DNA of 64,000 nucleotides from Patescibacteria group bacterium (GTDB lineage Bacteria; Patescibacteriota; JABMPQ01; JAQVVF01): NCBI GenBank assembly GCA_041662665.1, contig JBAZSC010000001.1, positions 129,511 to 193,510 of the forward strand, read 5' to 3'. Shown piece by piece: positions 63,259 to 64,000 of this stretch (position 1 is its first letter; each line of letters starts with the position of its first letter). The notes under the pieces were generated by a model. It saw only the letters and a program-made list of their open reading frames with translations, ran no database searches and was not told where the DNA came from. The position numbers and the translations under genes were made by a program.

Positions 63259-63936
63259 TTAACATTGTCCATAAATCCCTCTTTTTGCTCTCGCCTCTGT
63301 TTCATCTAGAAGAATTTCAATTGCTCGCTCGGGTGTGTCATCATGAACCAGATCTGATATTCTACGAAGAAAAGCCCTTGTCAATTCTCGATTGCTAATC
63401 CTAAAGATATCTACCAGTAACATTTCAATTGGAACTTTCTGATAATGCATTACTCCGCACAAAACATCATCAGCCATTGAAGCAATCTGTCTAAATGCTC
63501 TGAAGTGATTGCAAGGGAAGTTTCTATGGTTATAACGAAAACCTAGGAATCCTTTATCAAACGGACAAGCTGGACAAAGCAGGCGATTATAAAGTTCGCG
63601 ATAATATACTTCGCGCATATCATAGAACCAATGCCAGTACCATTTCTTTCCTTCTGGCGCATCAGGCAATTTCTTGCCAATTTGTCGCTCAGGACAGTCA
63701 TTTGGATGAATGACGCCAAATTGTGCTAATTCTCGTGCCATTGTATCAAGCATAGCCATTGCACGTTTCAGAATTCTAGATTGGTCAGTCTCTTCTTTAT
63801 AATCAGATTCACGATAAACATAAAAATACTCACCACCCAATGCCTCAATCGCTAAAAAATATTCAAGTTCTGATTTGTCAGACTTTTTGAAAAGTTCTTC
63901 TATCTCTTTAAAGGACAAAACTTTAACCATCTTCAT
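63259..63936 (-). CDS. hypothetical Cys/His/aromatic-rich protein (225 aa), GC-richer than its surroundings
   Basis: ORF with an upstream AAGGAGGG SD. Contains LCPACPFDKGF...FPCNHF. No recognised family. Confidence 0.45.
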   Translation of the reverse strand: MKMVKVLSFKEIEELFKKSDKSELEYFLAIEALGGEYFYVYRESDYKEETDQSRILKRAMAMLDTMARELAQFGVIHPNDCPERQIGKKLPDAPEGKKWYWHWFYDMREVYYRELYNRLLCPACPFDKGFLGFRYNHRNFPCNHFRAFRQIASMADDVLCGVMHYQKVPIEMLLVDIFRISNRELTRAFLRRISDLVHDDTPERAIEILLDETEARAKRGIYGQC

Positions 63937-64000
63937 CGAACCCTCCTTGTTCTCCTTCTGTTCTGGGACAAATAATTATCTCAAAGTTTCAGCTAATTGT

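Noticed and set aside
1-64000. A search for rRNA, tRNA, tmRNA, RNase P RNA and SRP RNA signatures across all non-coding gaps
   Set aside because: No convincing conserved cores were seen by eye (e.g. GGTTCGAATCC T-loops with acceptor stems, AGGAAAGTCCGGGCTCC for RNase P, the SRP domain IV motif). Gaps are dominated by A/T-rich palindromes. A covariance-model scan would be needed to exclude small structured RNAs, especially in the GC-rich 60.5-61.1 kb region.

Overview
This is an AT-rich bacterial chromosomal segment, roughly 30-35% GC by eye, with strong GGAGG Shine-Dalgarno sites and compact genes. It looks like a small-genome, Gram-positive-like organism, possibly of Patescibacteria/CPR type; that placement is inference. 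Recognisable housekeeping genes are recF, a DciA/DUF721-like gene, infB, rbfA, nrnA, cdaA, cdaR, clpP, rny, ymdB, hup (HU), uvrD/pcrA, rsmA/ksgA, radA and recG. Four further things stand out. (1) The left end carries a sugar-phosphate salvage-like cluster: an IMPase, an APH-fold kinase, an NDP-sugar pyrophosphorylase fused to a ribbon-helix-helix domain, and a PGI/PMI. (2) A c-di-AMP module is present: a DarA/PstA-like receptor plus nrnA-cdaA-cdaR. (3) Many large secreted or surface proteins are encoded: a lamin-tail-domain/OB-fold protein, a GH18+FN3 protein, and two giant Cys-rich paralogs with C-terminal DUF4214. (4) An ~18 kb locus (41.0-58.9 kb) resembles a Gram-positive-type type IV secretion system: a VirB6/TrbL-like polytopic protein, a VirB3/PrgI-like small membrane protein, a VirB4/TrsE-like ATPase and a GDSL + lytic-transglycosylase fusion. 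In that locus the VirB4 gene is broken into three ORFs by an inverted-repeat-flanked four-helix-bundle cargo element and a -1 frame change. Two further features are unusual: (a) a tandem array of three near-identical promoter - small ORF - terminator cassettes at 4.5-5.9 kb, and (b) pervasive intergenic composite palindromes built from short reiterated A/T-rich motifs. The palindromes include a six-copy 'caaatcccaaat...' family, and two of them carry four-helix-bundle genes of the kind known from 23S rRNA intervening sequences. In addition, recG carries two GC-rich 30-nt palindromic in-frame insertions with GTAG...CTAC termini, and a GC-rich nested hairpin occurs in two copies at terminator positions. 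No rRNA, tRNA or CRISPR array was recognised. Coordinates derived by counting in the printed text may be off by 1-2 nt; ORF-track coordinates were taken as authoritative.
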